DNA of 57,949 nucleotides, counting the filler, from Sphacelaria rigidula (taxonomy: Eukaryota): NCBI GenBank assembly GCA_964200075.2. It is 9 parts of 9 records of this genome, joined end to end, with 100 filler letters (N's around TTAATTAATTAA, not from the genome) between each part and the next. Parts side by side here need not be neighbours in the genome. Positions count along the whole stretch, not along the records: positions 32,253 to 38,602 come from CAXNAA020020609.1; positions 38,703 to 45,051 come from CAXNAA020020610.1; positions 45,152 to 51,500 come from CAXNAA020020611.1; 6 more parts are not named here. One strand, given 5' to 3'. Every line of letters begins with the position of its first letter. Positions within the stretch are counted from its first letter, which is position 1. Shown one piece after another: positions 37,101 through 48,500 of the stretch. Under the pieces are notes generated by a model. That model searched no databases, had not been told where the DNA came from, and saw only the letters and a program-made list of their open reading frames with translations. The translations under genes and the position numbers were made by a program.

Positions 37101-38517
37101 GGTCCACTATCGCGCCTATCCCCTCGGGCAGACACATACTTCTCGGCTTCAACAGTGCAAGCATCTGCCCTGTATCGTGGTTTCAAACGCGCAGCACCTA
37201 CTGCACGTTCGGCGGGTGCACTGTCGTGCCTGTCCTCTCGGGCAGACGCATATTTCTCGGCTGTCACAGGGCAAGCAGCCCAACGGACGGTGCATGCCTG
37301 CGCAACGCGAAAAGCAACTGCTTGTTCTCAACATCATACTCATGCTCCAAGAACGTGTCACACAGACAAATCACAATATGTTTCGGCATGAGCTCAGAAA
37401 CCGCTGTCACCTCAAAAAGGTTTGTCCACCGCGCGTTCACCTGATCTACATCTTGCAAATATTGCTCGTATTTGCGTAAAAACTCGGCCGATTTCTCGCT
37501 CGAAAACTTGCGGCCGTAGTACGGCATCTCCAGCGCCAGTACAGAAACAAGACGACCATCGACGATGACATATTCCTGCACCTCATCCATGTCGGTCAGC
37601 AGTACAGCACTCCACGCCGCCTATTTGAAAAACGAAGTCGCCTCCCACTCACGGGAACAACAACTCTCTCCTTACATCGAGACGCGCTGCACCACCTTAA
37701 AAATGGCAATGGCCACAGCGCCTCTTCCTCACGTAGGTCTCACCATGTGTTTGAAGTCCTTAGACTCCTCTTCCTGGCCGTACCTGGCCAAGCGTGGAAC
37801 AAGCAACTCTCGCTGGCTCCACCAGGCAGTAATCGCCCCGCTTTTTTTGGAACGCTCACGGACTCGCCAGCTGTCGATGAACGCCCCGAACCTCACGCAC
37901 GAGCGATACCACAGCCCGCCCTGACACTGCCTCAGAAACTCCTTGGCTCTACTTCTCCAAATCCTCGCGACGTTAACACGCCTTGAGCTGGTCTTGTTTA
38001 CTGCAAACTGATCAGGCCTGCAGACTTCCCTATCTTGAAGTGTCAGCTGCTTTTCAGCGGACCTACCGCCTGAGCGGACTTCATGAACGTTCATTGTAGA
38101 CTTCTGTCACTCAAGATCAGATTGCCATGTGGACCCCTCCCATCACGGGCACATGGACTTTAACAGCTTTAGTTATTCATGTATGAACCCTCAGCATAGT
38201 ACAGGAGAACAGGACCATAGCCTCTCTCCACCAGAGTGGCAAAACCGGCTCTACTCGTCATGCAGGTCATCATCACAGAGTCCGGCAATCAGACCCGCAA
38301 CTGCACCTACAATGTCCCTGACCTCAGGTAACAATGGTGGCTAGGTCTGGAAGACACTCTGCAGACGGGAGTCAGTAGAGTAGAGCAACGAAAGCTCCAG
38401 ATTGCAGAATTGATGCACCCCTCTGCACCATGCTAGCAACAGTCAGATCACCATCATCGGTATTTTTTTTCACTTCGCATGTCAAGAAGGTCTGCACAAG
38501 TGTCCCATCTCCCCCCC
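34164..38517. mobile_element. Foldback/MITE with ~220-bp inverted arms, split by an LTR element
   Basis: 34175-34328 is the reverse complement of 38356-38511; 34341-34386 mirrors 34480-34525. Confidence 0.85.
34537..38351 (-). mobile_element. Non-autonomous LTR retroelement (LARD-like) with gag-like remnant and no recognisable pol
   Basis: Direct repeats 34537-34792 and 38095-38351 begin TGTAGA and differ by roughly 9-10% by eye; 4-bp TSD AGAC (34533-36, 38352-55); G-rich PPT-like tract next to the left LTR on minus; gag-like ORF 37264-37590 (EFLRKYEQY) and repeat-containing ORFs 36788-37267 and 35978-36730. Confidence 0.85.
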
Positions 38518-38543
38518 ACACACACACCACACACACCACGGCG

Positions 38544-38602
38544 CTTCGCGCTTGGTGGTTTGGGTGCAAGCCTGGTCCGGCGAAACCCCGGCGTGCTCCG
38601 TC
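38544..38602 (+). mobile_element. C-tailed element 5' part, cut by the contig end
   Basis: CTTCGCGCTTGGTGGTTTGGGTGCAAGCCTGGTCCGGCGAAACCCCGGCGTGCTCCGTC matches 56744-56801. Confidence 0.8.
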
Positions 38603-39104
38603 NNNNNNNNNNNNNNNNNNNNNNNNNNNNNNNNNNNNNNNNNNNNTTAATTAATTAANNNNNNNNNNNNNNNNNNNNNNNNNNNNNNNNNNNNNNNNNN
38701 NNTGACCATATAACGTACCCCGGTAAACAATATCGCGTGTTGCCGCCGGTGTCACAAACAAAGATCGAGTCCAAGCTTTTACCCCGCATCACATGCGAAA
38801 TATGACAAAAAAAAAAAAACGCGTGATGCGATATCAGCGGCAAAGCAGCATGCAGTGAAGCTGGCGTATCTGCGCAAGAAGAGCCTTCGTCACCTACAAT
38901 TCACCTCTTCAATTTACTCCAGCAAGAGCTATGACCGTCAGAAACCTGAGTGAGATGCGGAGATGCTTCGGCCTCTACTTTTTTTCTTCTTCCTTCTCCA
39001 TTATTTTTTTCTCGTCGTTTTTGAACCGAGCTGACTACTTGGTCTAGTGGTGAAAACCCTCTACAGGCTGGTTCACGCGTATCACCCAAAAAACACTCAT
39101 CGGC

Positions 39105-39385
39105 AAAACTTCACGCCGTTTAAAGGAGTTAGACCCTGAAATTTCGCACGAATGTTCTATGGGTCATCACGCAACTCTGCAGGAACGGTTTTGTTTCATT
39201 TAATGTTTGTTACCGTTTTTCAGGGGTCCCAGTTTTGGGGGGGGGGAAACCTCGACCCAATCGGACCCCCGTAAAACGGTAAATAAAAATAAAAATAAAC
39301 CTCGTTCCTGCAAAGTTGCGTTATGTCCCATATAGCATTCGTGCAAAATTTCAGGGTCGAACTCCTTAAAACGGCGTGAATTTTT
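39105..39385. repeat. ~83-bp inverted repeat (MITE-like)
   Basis: 39105-39188 is an imperfect reverse complement of 39303-39385. Confidence 0.75.
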
Positions 39386-40144
39386 TGGCCTTTGTGCGAT
39401 GAAGTTTGCCGTACCGCGGTGAAACCGTAAACTAGTTGATTTTAGTACCAAAACGGCGTTTTTCGGCCTTCTTTGACGTGGCATGGAAATTCAAGCATCA
39501 GTTGATTGATTTTTGCGACGAAAATTTGTGGAGTCTGTCCTTGCGTTGTGCGGAGACAGATAGCTTGCGAAAAAAATATATACATCGTAGTGCCGTTTTT
39601 CTGGGGTCCCAAAATGGAGACTACTTCGAAAAACGACTTCGACCCCGTCGGACCCCCGAAAAACGGTGGAAAACTCAAGAAGTATCAAACAATTGTACGT
39701 AGAAAGTTGCGTAATGATACAAAGTATATTCACGCAAAGTTTCAGGATCTAACTCCTTATGACAGGGTGAAAGTTTGCGCGTTTGTGGAGGACGGGCTTG
39801 AAATGTGCAACTCTTAACTACTTGGTTTTAGGGTGGAAACGTCTTTTGGGGTGAAGTTGACGTCAAGGCAAGAAAAGCTGCATGAGATTTTCGAGTTTAT
39901 CCATCAAACTTTGTACATGTGTTCCTTGGACTCTCCCAGGATGCATGATATCATTATTTTCATTTTAGGGCATTCTGTACAGCCTTCCGGGGGTCTTCAT
40001 GCTGGGACCCTCGGAAGCCGGTAGAGAACGGAGAAAACGTTATATATTGTCAAGAATACAATTTTCCATGCTGAGCATCAATACCTGCGGAAATGCCGAG
40101 TTTGATGGCGATCTGAGCTTTTCTACAACAGATAAAGGGGACAC

Positions 40145-40352
40145 CGTTACGAGGCTCCCTGGGTCTTTCGTGCGTATAATTAGTGGAAATTAGACGACGC
40201 CAACACCCGATATCACCGAAACATCACGGTTTCGGGTATAATTCGACACCCGTAGAAACCGTTCCAAAAATACGATTTTCCCGTTAGATTCACGTGTCGA
40301 TGACGGTTACTACAATTCGAAGCATGTAGAGATTGGGTGAAAATTGGGCTTG
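40145..40352. repeat. Dispersed repeat, inverted homologue at ~48893-49098
   Basis: TTAGACGACGCCAA...TCACCGAAACAT.ACGGTT.CGGG...CCCGTTAGATTC is shared by both copies. Confidence 0.7.
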
Positions 40353-43300
40353 GTATACGTAATTTAGATCTCGGAACAGTTTGAAGTGTNNNNNNNATTT
40401 TCGTCCATAGCACCAGCTACGGCCTTCAACAAAAACCCGGCCATGTCACCCTCTTCGTCTCTTCATTGCGGTCAGTACGATACCATATATGCGACTATTG
40501 GGTACGTGTTACGGAAGGTATTTGCTGAAGACACAATTTTGGGTGATCATCGTGAAGCAGCCTGTAACGAAAAAAAATTTGTGCCGAGTTCGATTCTCGA
40601 CGCGATCATTTCTTCTTTCCCGTAGGTGGAGGAAAGATCTTTCCCACTGTCGCGGAAAAACGTTTGAGGCACCAGATCTTGTTGCCGTTTTGGCAACCCA
40701 GAGGATCGCGTCGAGATGGCTTTCGAGCTCAAAAGCACGCCTTTTGTCTGCACAATGAGTTACCTCTGTGGTTCCAAAATTTCCATTCTCATGTGTTTAT
40801 GGCATTTCGTTGAATTCAAGTGGAAGCTTGGTGCCTCGCGTCCGTAGGGTTCATGGGTGAGAGCTCACACGCGAAAAGTCTCGTGGCCGAAACAGACGAG
40901 GCACAGTCTGTTACCACGGCTCTCTGTTCTTCTTTTTCGTTTGGGTATGAAAATGTGCTTCTGCGCAAGATCTCCTCCACCTGGGGCTATGTCCCAGGGG
41001 CTGGCCACTCCTATGGTACTGAGTACTGGGTACGGGTGTTTTTTTTTTCCTTGGGATGTGGAGAGGATACAACCATCTTCAGATCCTCACTGTGATGTGA
41101 GCGGTGGCAAGCGAAAAAAACTGGAAAAAATCGCCTACTACGAAAAAATTACCAATATTAACAGTTTAGGCGCCCAGGACTGCACTTTGTTTTCTTTCCC
41201 CCAGTCTACTCTGTTAGTTCTACCCTCCTCCTTTCTGCTCGTCTCACTTTTCTTCAGCGAGTGTTTTCTGTTTTACCTTGGGTCCACACATGTCTCTTGT
41301 TGCAGCGGCTGGACCCCTGAGAGATCGGTAAACTTGTAACAATTAAACAATCAAATAAATAAGCCGTTGGCCGTCAGAGCCGAAGAAGAAAAAAGATAAC
41401 TCCTCGTTTTTCAATCTTTACTAAGGTCGCTTCTTAATGGCAGACGAGAAAGAAATCCCGTGAAACCGCCTTTTTGGTCATTCTACGTCGTTTTACGCCC
41501 CAACAGAGCGCTAGGCAGATTTTGAGACCTTGCAATGACTTGCTCCACTCGTCGAGGCGGTTTCACAACGTATTTGCGTTTTCCGGCGTCCGCAGTTTCC
41601 TATTTCTGGCCAAACTCGCACTTGTGTCCAAGGACGGGAAAGTCAAGCGAGAACTGGCAGTTTCATCTATATTTGACCGTTCTCGGACAAAAGTGCAAGT
41701 TTGGCAGACACAAAACTGCGGCAACCGGATAACGCAAAGATGTCCTGAACCCATCTCAACGAGGCCAGCAAGTCATTCCAAGGTCTCAAAATTCGCCTAG
41801 CCCTCTCTCAAGAGGTAAAACGACCACGGAACAAAAAAGTAGTTTTACCGGGGGGGGGTTTGCAAGGTTTGTCGTAAGAAGCGGCCCGAACATCAACTTC
41901 CTACTTGCTCCTCTCCTCTCAAATAAATTATTCGTACCTCGTCGCCCTCCACGGTTCCGGAAAGGCCTGCAGCAGAGAAAGACACCAGTGGCCGTCTAGC
42001 ACCACCAGCGATGCACGTGCGGAGCTCCAGCCCGATAGAGGTCACCTGCGAAAAACACAAAACGGTTCAAAAGTGAGGCGATGTCAGGTGACTGAGCCAT
42101 CCTTCCTTCCCTCCCTCCCTTCCTGCCTCCCGCGGTAAGGTGGTGTTTCGACCAAACGGTTGGCCGAAAATATAGTCAACACTTCTTGAAGTCACGCTCG
42201 AGGCCGGAAAATGAGCATCGACAATGAATGGCCTGACTCTCATGATTATTTTCACTGCTCGGCAGCAGCGTTTTGTTATATAGCTTGACAATGACCCCAC
42301 CGCATGATACCCTACAGCGTAGATGCACGTTTGTTGCACACCACGCCCATGACGTGTGGCAGCCGGGTACAACAATCAATGAACAGCACTTTCCGCGATC
42401 GACCGCGTATGCGTGGGAAGCCAGCCGTACAAAAACTCCAGCGATTTCGAGCCGAACCAGAGGATTTTTGTAATTTTTCTTGGAGTCGGCGATTTTTAAA
42501 GGTTTCTTCCGTGTGCCACTGCTCACTTCAGTGAACGTGTGCTCCCAAAGTTTGGGGATCCGAACATACAAGGCATCCGCTCCATATTGCGAAAAAATAA
42601 TCATATCTGCACTAGATATTGAACGACGTTCGCGCTGACCGGTCCTCGGGGTGTCCTTGCAACTACCCAGCTCCACATTTCGACAATTGGGTATTTTTGC
42701 TCGATTGAAGTAATGCCGATCGTTTTCGTGAACAAACGTGAAGTTTGTCTTCTTTCAACATAATAATTGGGCTGGAGCCGAAAAACTGACTGTCGATAAC
42801 ACCCCCTGCTAAACGAGGTACTTAACTTCGTATCACCCCGACAACACAAACGTAAGGATTGTGTCCTAAGCACCAATTGGTTTTTTTCTCAAAATTCATC
42901 GCTAGGGCTTTCGAGTGTCTCGAGTGCTAAGGAAAAATAATAATGATATATTACCCTATTCTACAGGAGAAGTATATAATGAATGAATGATTTACAGATT
43001 GTTTGAGGATGGATGGTTGGATGGTTTATTGAATTTTATCTTTTGGACAAGGGAAATACAACATATACGATAATTTTGCAGTAAGGTACACAGATACGAA
43101 AATTGGCAGGGGGTGTTATTGACCGTCACTGATCCGAAAAACACAGCTATTCGGGTCTACCGCAATGAACATGTGAAAATCAAAAACACTTTAAATTTTT
43201 CGCGAGAATGATCAGGATTGCTTCAATTGGGCAAGAATACTCAAAAGGGCAAGAACCTGGGGCTGGGTGGGCGCAGGACCGCCGAGGACCAGCCGATTAG

Positions 43301-43598
43301 CACGTGAGTTGTCGAGTATTTATTATAGTGCAGAGAATCTTATTCCGGAGTGTGGAGGGGGTACCTAGTATCTCCCGATCCCCCAACTTTGGGACCAAAC
43401 AGTCCCTGGGACGAGCGGTGGCACGCGAAAAAACTGTTGAAAGTCGCCGACTTGAAAATATTTACAAAAATCCTTTTTTTCAGCTGGAAACTACTGTAGA
43501 CTCTGGATATCCCCCCCAAAATGAAGGTACGCCAAAAATAACGCTCTTGCGGATAACACGGAAACGAGAACAAGGAGTAAAGCCCAACACAACACAAA

Positions 43599-43660
43599 AC
43601 AGCACAGCACAGCACAGCACAGCACAGCACAGCACAGCACAGCACAGCACAGCACAGCAC
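43599..43660. repeat. (ACAGC)12 microsatellite
   Basis: Perfect pentanucleotide array. Confidence 0.97.
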
Positions 43661-44766
43661 AAAAGTTTCTCACCTCAAACACGACGCGAGGGACGGCCAA
43701 CAACCGATTCCACACCTCGCTCCCAATGCCCCCCTTCTTCTTTCCGCTGGGGGCGGTCCGCGGTCCCACCGGAGAAGGCGCTGCCGTCACCTTGACGCTC
43801 GACTGCGCGTTAGCCTTGGCAGCGATCTGACGGTATATGGTAACACATACGTCGTTGGTTAGATTGACTCGACAATACTAGTACATGTAGCGAATGAAAA
43901 TACTCAGGACTGACTCGAGGATTCATTCTTCATTGTAGTTTGCTGATGCCATCTGTAAAATCAGTTCTTTGATGACTTACTGTACATCCTCTTCGTTTTG
44001 AACAGGAAGGGGGAGGCTTTTGCGAATACGATTCGAACCATGGTTTTGGTCCTCAAAATTTCAATGTCCTCCATACGTTGCAATTTACAGCAGCTTCCAT
44101 CTGCTGTAAATTATCAAGGAAAAAGTAAAAAAAGAGAGTATCACGGTAATTTCTAGGGGATCAAAGCTCAGAATCACCAAGGTGAGAGTCTCATGTATCG
44201 ACGTAACTTTACCCTGGTAATTTACAGCCGAAAGAAGCCCGAAAAAAGTACCAATGCAATTAATTTCATTTCCGTATTTCCAGACTTTCATCGACTGTAA
44301 CTTTGCGACCAACTTGTGTGAAGCCCCGAACCTCATGCAAATTAAGCGTCTTTCCAACCGTTCCACCGCGACGGCAGGCCATCTGGGCAATTGATCACTT
44401 CTTCAGGTGATATTGATGCCGATTCGACAGATGGCCTACGCTGGCGGCCGAAGGATGTAGCGGTGGCACCACCTGTGCAACCTAAGCACGAAGAATCCCA
44501 ACACCATTTTGAGCAAAAGTTACGGTGTTGTACTCGCGGTGCTCTTAGGAGGGACCAAAAGACCTCCCCGGATAAAAATGTCGGATTGACTCAACACAGT
44601 ACCTCAAAAAGCGGCGTTTACTTCTTCATTTGATTGTCGCACGTTAGCAGACCTGCTACAGTACGAAGGGAACAACCGCGGTCATTAGATACAGGATGGA
44701 CGTACTCAAAGTGAGTAAAGAAGACGGAAAACACTTGCCGACGTACAAAACCTCTCAACACGAGGA

Positions 44767-44847
44767 GGGGGGGGGGGTACTCATTTCTTGCTTGCCTTAG
44801 TCGTTTGACCATTAACCACGCATCTCTTTCGAGACGGAGTCATCTAG
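44767..44847 (-). mobile_element. C-tailed element, ~70-bp subfamily
   Basis: Minus: CTAGATGACTCCGTCTCGAAAGAGATGCGTGGTTAATGGTCAAACGACTAAGGCAAGCAAGAAATGAGTA then a C11 run; degenerate TSD acacgaggagg (44758-68) / acacaaggggg (44848-58). Confidence 0.75.
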
Positions 44848-44858
44848 ACACAAGGGGG

Positions 44859-45051
44859 GAAAGGAAGAGTGGGAATATATATCAAAGGGGGAAAATCGAT
44901 TTTCATTGACGAAACAAACATGGGAGCTTCGGCCGAATTTTGAAGGTTAACAACAAGGTAATCATTTCAGTGTGCCCATAGGGACGGCTGATCCCCTCTC
45001 GCGATGAAAATCGATTTTCCCCCTTTGAAATATATTCCCACTCTTCCTTTC
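44859..45051. mobile_element. MITE with ~48-bp near-perfect TIRs
   Basis: GAAAGGAAGAGTGGGAATATATATCAAAGGGGGAAAATCGATTTTCAT (44859-44906) is mirrored at 45004-45051 with one mismatch. Confidence 0.85.
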
Positions 45052-45151
45052 NNNNNNNNNNNNNNNNNNNNNNNNNNNNNNNNNNNNNNNNNNNNTTAAT
45101 TAATTAANNNNNNNNNNNNNNNNNNNNNNNNNNNNNNNNNNNNNNNNNNNN

Positions 45152-45198
45152 TACAAAGCTGGGACGGAGCACGCCGGGTTCTCGCCGGACCAGGCTAA
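45152..45198 (-). mobile_element. C-tailed element 5' part, cut by the contig start
   Basis: Reverse complement TTAGCCTGGTCCGGCGAGAACCCGGCGTGCTCCGTCCCAGCTTTGTA, preceded by a C-rich flank. Confidence 0.8.
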
Positions 45199-45505
45199 GG
45201 GGGGGCGGGGTATTTGATTGCACGAAAACAGAGGCTCACAGGTGTGTCAGACGACCTGCCACACTCGCGTTGCGCTTGTACTTCGTTTAAAACGGTGTCA
45301 AGCAGTACGAATGAGGGTTATTTATCGATAATAAGGTCGTTCAAAAAACAATTGCTGCTTTCAACGACGATTTGACTTGGAATTTCGTGCAAAAAGAGGC
45401 CCAAAACCCCCCCCCCCCCCCCCCGCCCCCCTCTAACGTGGGATGACTCTTTACAACAAAGCAAAGTGTCCAATACACGCACGCAAGGTAATCATTTTTC
45501 ATTAC

Positions 45506-48500
45506 CTGTGCATGAGCTTTGCGGCCGGATCGGCCTGTTCCATCTCCAGATTCTCGCGCTCCAGTTCTTCGTCCTCCGAACTTTCCGGTCCGCTCGCGAT
45601 ATCCGGACTCGGAGACGCCGTTAACTCGCGAGTGCTGGGACGTGTCTCCTCGACCTGTATAGACATACATTTTCATGAGAGAGATGAGACGGGTGATAAT
45701 TCAATCAACCCATTAAAATACCATTAACCCACCACTACAGTAACTAACCGAGTAATCAACCAATCAACCGATGAACCAATCATCCAAATAAAGAGTCAAT
45801 AAACACCAGTGTGACAATGGTATATGTACAAAGTGCGAAAAATAAAATAAAATAAAAATAGTAGCATACAAAACTAACTACATCCTCTGCCCCTAAGCTA
45901 AGGTAGTAATGTTTGTACGGGACGGGCCCTTCTTAACGGTGTCGGATTTTTTTTTGCCCTCTTCAATCTTCTTTTATTTCATCGCATTCTTCTTTTTTTT
46001 TTCATTACTTCAAGAAGTTGTTTTCGTTTTCTTCGAAAACTGCTGCTAGCCACCACCACGCAAAAATATCGTTCGCGAACCGTGTGAATATTCACCACTG
46101 TGGACGATGCATCTCGTGCCATCATTTTTATTTTTAGCCCTTCCCGCCATGAACAGTACAGTTAACAGTTTCGGATTCTGGGTGTAGGGGCATTGCGTAA
46201 AAACATGACGATACCCGCGGTGGTGCATTGGCATACACGGAATGATGCAAGATTGTGCTATGTTTTTTTTTTTCCCCCGTCGCACTTTGAACCCCTCCCC
46301 TTCCTCGGGACACGTCCGTGATCTCAAGCAATCATTTTGATAATATCTCCCCCGGTACACGCCTTACATTTTGGTCTCGTGGATTGGATCATGACCTACA
46401 CTCCCGCACCGCGTCGACTCACATCAAACAAACTCAGTCGACAACTTTGTTTGCTCCCTTGCTCACGCTTTCCACAACAGAGGAAAAAAGATATCACGAA
46501 GCAAAAATCCAACGCATCGGGAATCGAACCCTCGTTCTCTCCACCCTCATGGCGACGGTCGGACCATTACACCACCGGGGCGCGGCACACGGCACTACAG
46601 TATACTGACTGAAGTCCGGGCACTGTTCGGCATGTACAGAAGTACAAAAGAGGTGAGCACCCTGTCGAACCATCGTACTGGTACGAGCTGGGCCAGCCAA
46701 CACTGGGTGATTTTTTCGCTCAGGCGACGCACCGCGGGATATTAGGAGTTGGACGCTGAAATTTCGACAGCAGCTTTTTACAATCGACATGAACATCATC
46801 CCGTGAAAAGAAGAAAAAAAGGAAGTCATCCCGATTTGAAATTTCATCGAAAACAAGACAATGTCGGAAGTCCAGGGGAAAAATTAGAATCTGCAGCTGC
46901 TCACGGGATGTATCATTTCCTTGGGTGCAGAAGGTCTTCGTGGAATTTCAGCCCAAGAGTCGTCGAGTTAGGTGGTGCGTGCAACGTTTTGCGTGACGCT
47001 GCTGCACCCATAAAATTCAAGTGACGGGAGACTCCAATTCTGGAGGTCATGAGTTCGAATCCCCACAGATTTGTTTTTTGTCCGTTGTTCAGGATGTATA
47101 TTATGTATTTTAGTACATTTTTTTTTTCATTTTTTTTCTTCATTCGGCGGCTGTGCCGTGTGTCACCAGGTCGGTCTGCACTTCACAGTGATATGCTTAC
47201 ATCAGCCGCTGCGACCCGGCGGTGTAATGGTCCGACTGTCGCCAATAGGGTGGAGAGAACGAAGGTTCGATTCCCGATGGGTCGTTTTTTTTTCTTCGCG
47301 ATGTATGATTTCCACCGTGGAAAGCGTGAGAACGTGAGTAAATAAAGTAGTCGACTGGATTTGTGTGACGTGAACGGACGCGGTGCGTGAGTGCTGATAG
47401 TCATGACCCAATCCGCGAAACCAAAATGTAAGGCGCGTACCGGGGGAGAGATGCAATGATTGCTTGAGATCATGGACTCATGTCGAGGAAGGGGAGAGGT
47501 TAAAGGTGAGAAGAAAAAAAAAAAAAAAGGGTTTATTCGGGAAACTGGGAAAGCTGTGGTGTGAGCAACTTCCAGCCACTTTCAAGCTGGCCCAGCTCGT
47601 ACACATTTCGGTACGGCTGAGTGTTTGATTGATTGCCTGATTGTCGCACTTTAACTGACCCCCCAGGTAGTCATGATCCAACCGTGGTCACATGACAGAC
47701 GTACGTACCCAAGATAGAAAAAAACTGAAACACTCGCTGAAGAAAAAGAAGGAACAGAAAAAAGTCGAACAGAACGACATCGTAGACACCAAGACGTGAA
47801 AAAAAGCGAAAATCCCCCACTTCCAGGTATGTTGTTGTTGTTGTTGTCTTCACATTGAAAACCGTTCCGATATCTGCGCGGTACATTGGTACTGGGCATC
47901 TNNNNNNNNNNTGAAAAACTCACAAAACGCGATACAAGCAAACAGAAATAAAGAAGAAAGAAAGAAGAAAGGGAGTACATACTATACCTGATCTAAAAAA
48001 GAAAACCGCCTTACAATATGACCCTTTGGACTCAAACGCAGATTACGTCTCGATCCAAAGGGGGATAGATAATACAACAAAATAGTTGAAACAGCTGAAC
48101 ACGGGAATACGATAGGACGAGAAGCGTATAGGATTCAACTTTTGAAGGGGGTGGGTGGGGGGGACGAGTGTATGATTCGTCTGGAAATTACTTGATTCTT
48201 TTAGTATAATAGTGTCATTAATTCGTACCGTACTCAGGTTTCAGGAGTGGGGTAAATTTGGTGGTTTGAACGAGCGATGATTTACCGTTCTTGGACAAAA
48301 ATTCTTGTTTGGCCAAAGTAAAAATTGCGGCCCACCGGAAAACGGGCAGATGTTCTGGAACCGCCTCAACGAGTAGGGCAAGCCATTCCAAGGTGTCAAA
48401 CTCCGCCTTGCTGCCTTTCGGGGCGTAAAACGACGTTAAAGCTCCAAAAAGAGACTTTTCCAGATTTTCATTGATGTCACTCCATGTTGTTCTGTATGTA

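Noticed and set aside
43304..43795. ORFs with QHSTA / CCAVL repeats
   Set aside because: They are translations of the (ACAGC)n microsatellite.
44767..45198. C-tailed elements read in reverse as Helitrons ending in CTAG/CTAA
   Set aside because: Disfavoured, not excluded: 8-14 bp TSDs, no A|T target, G-U pairs on the other strand, and longer copies extend past that point.
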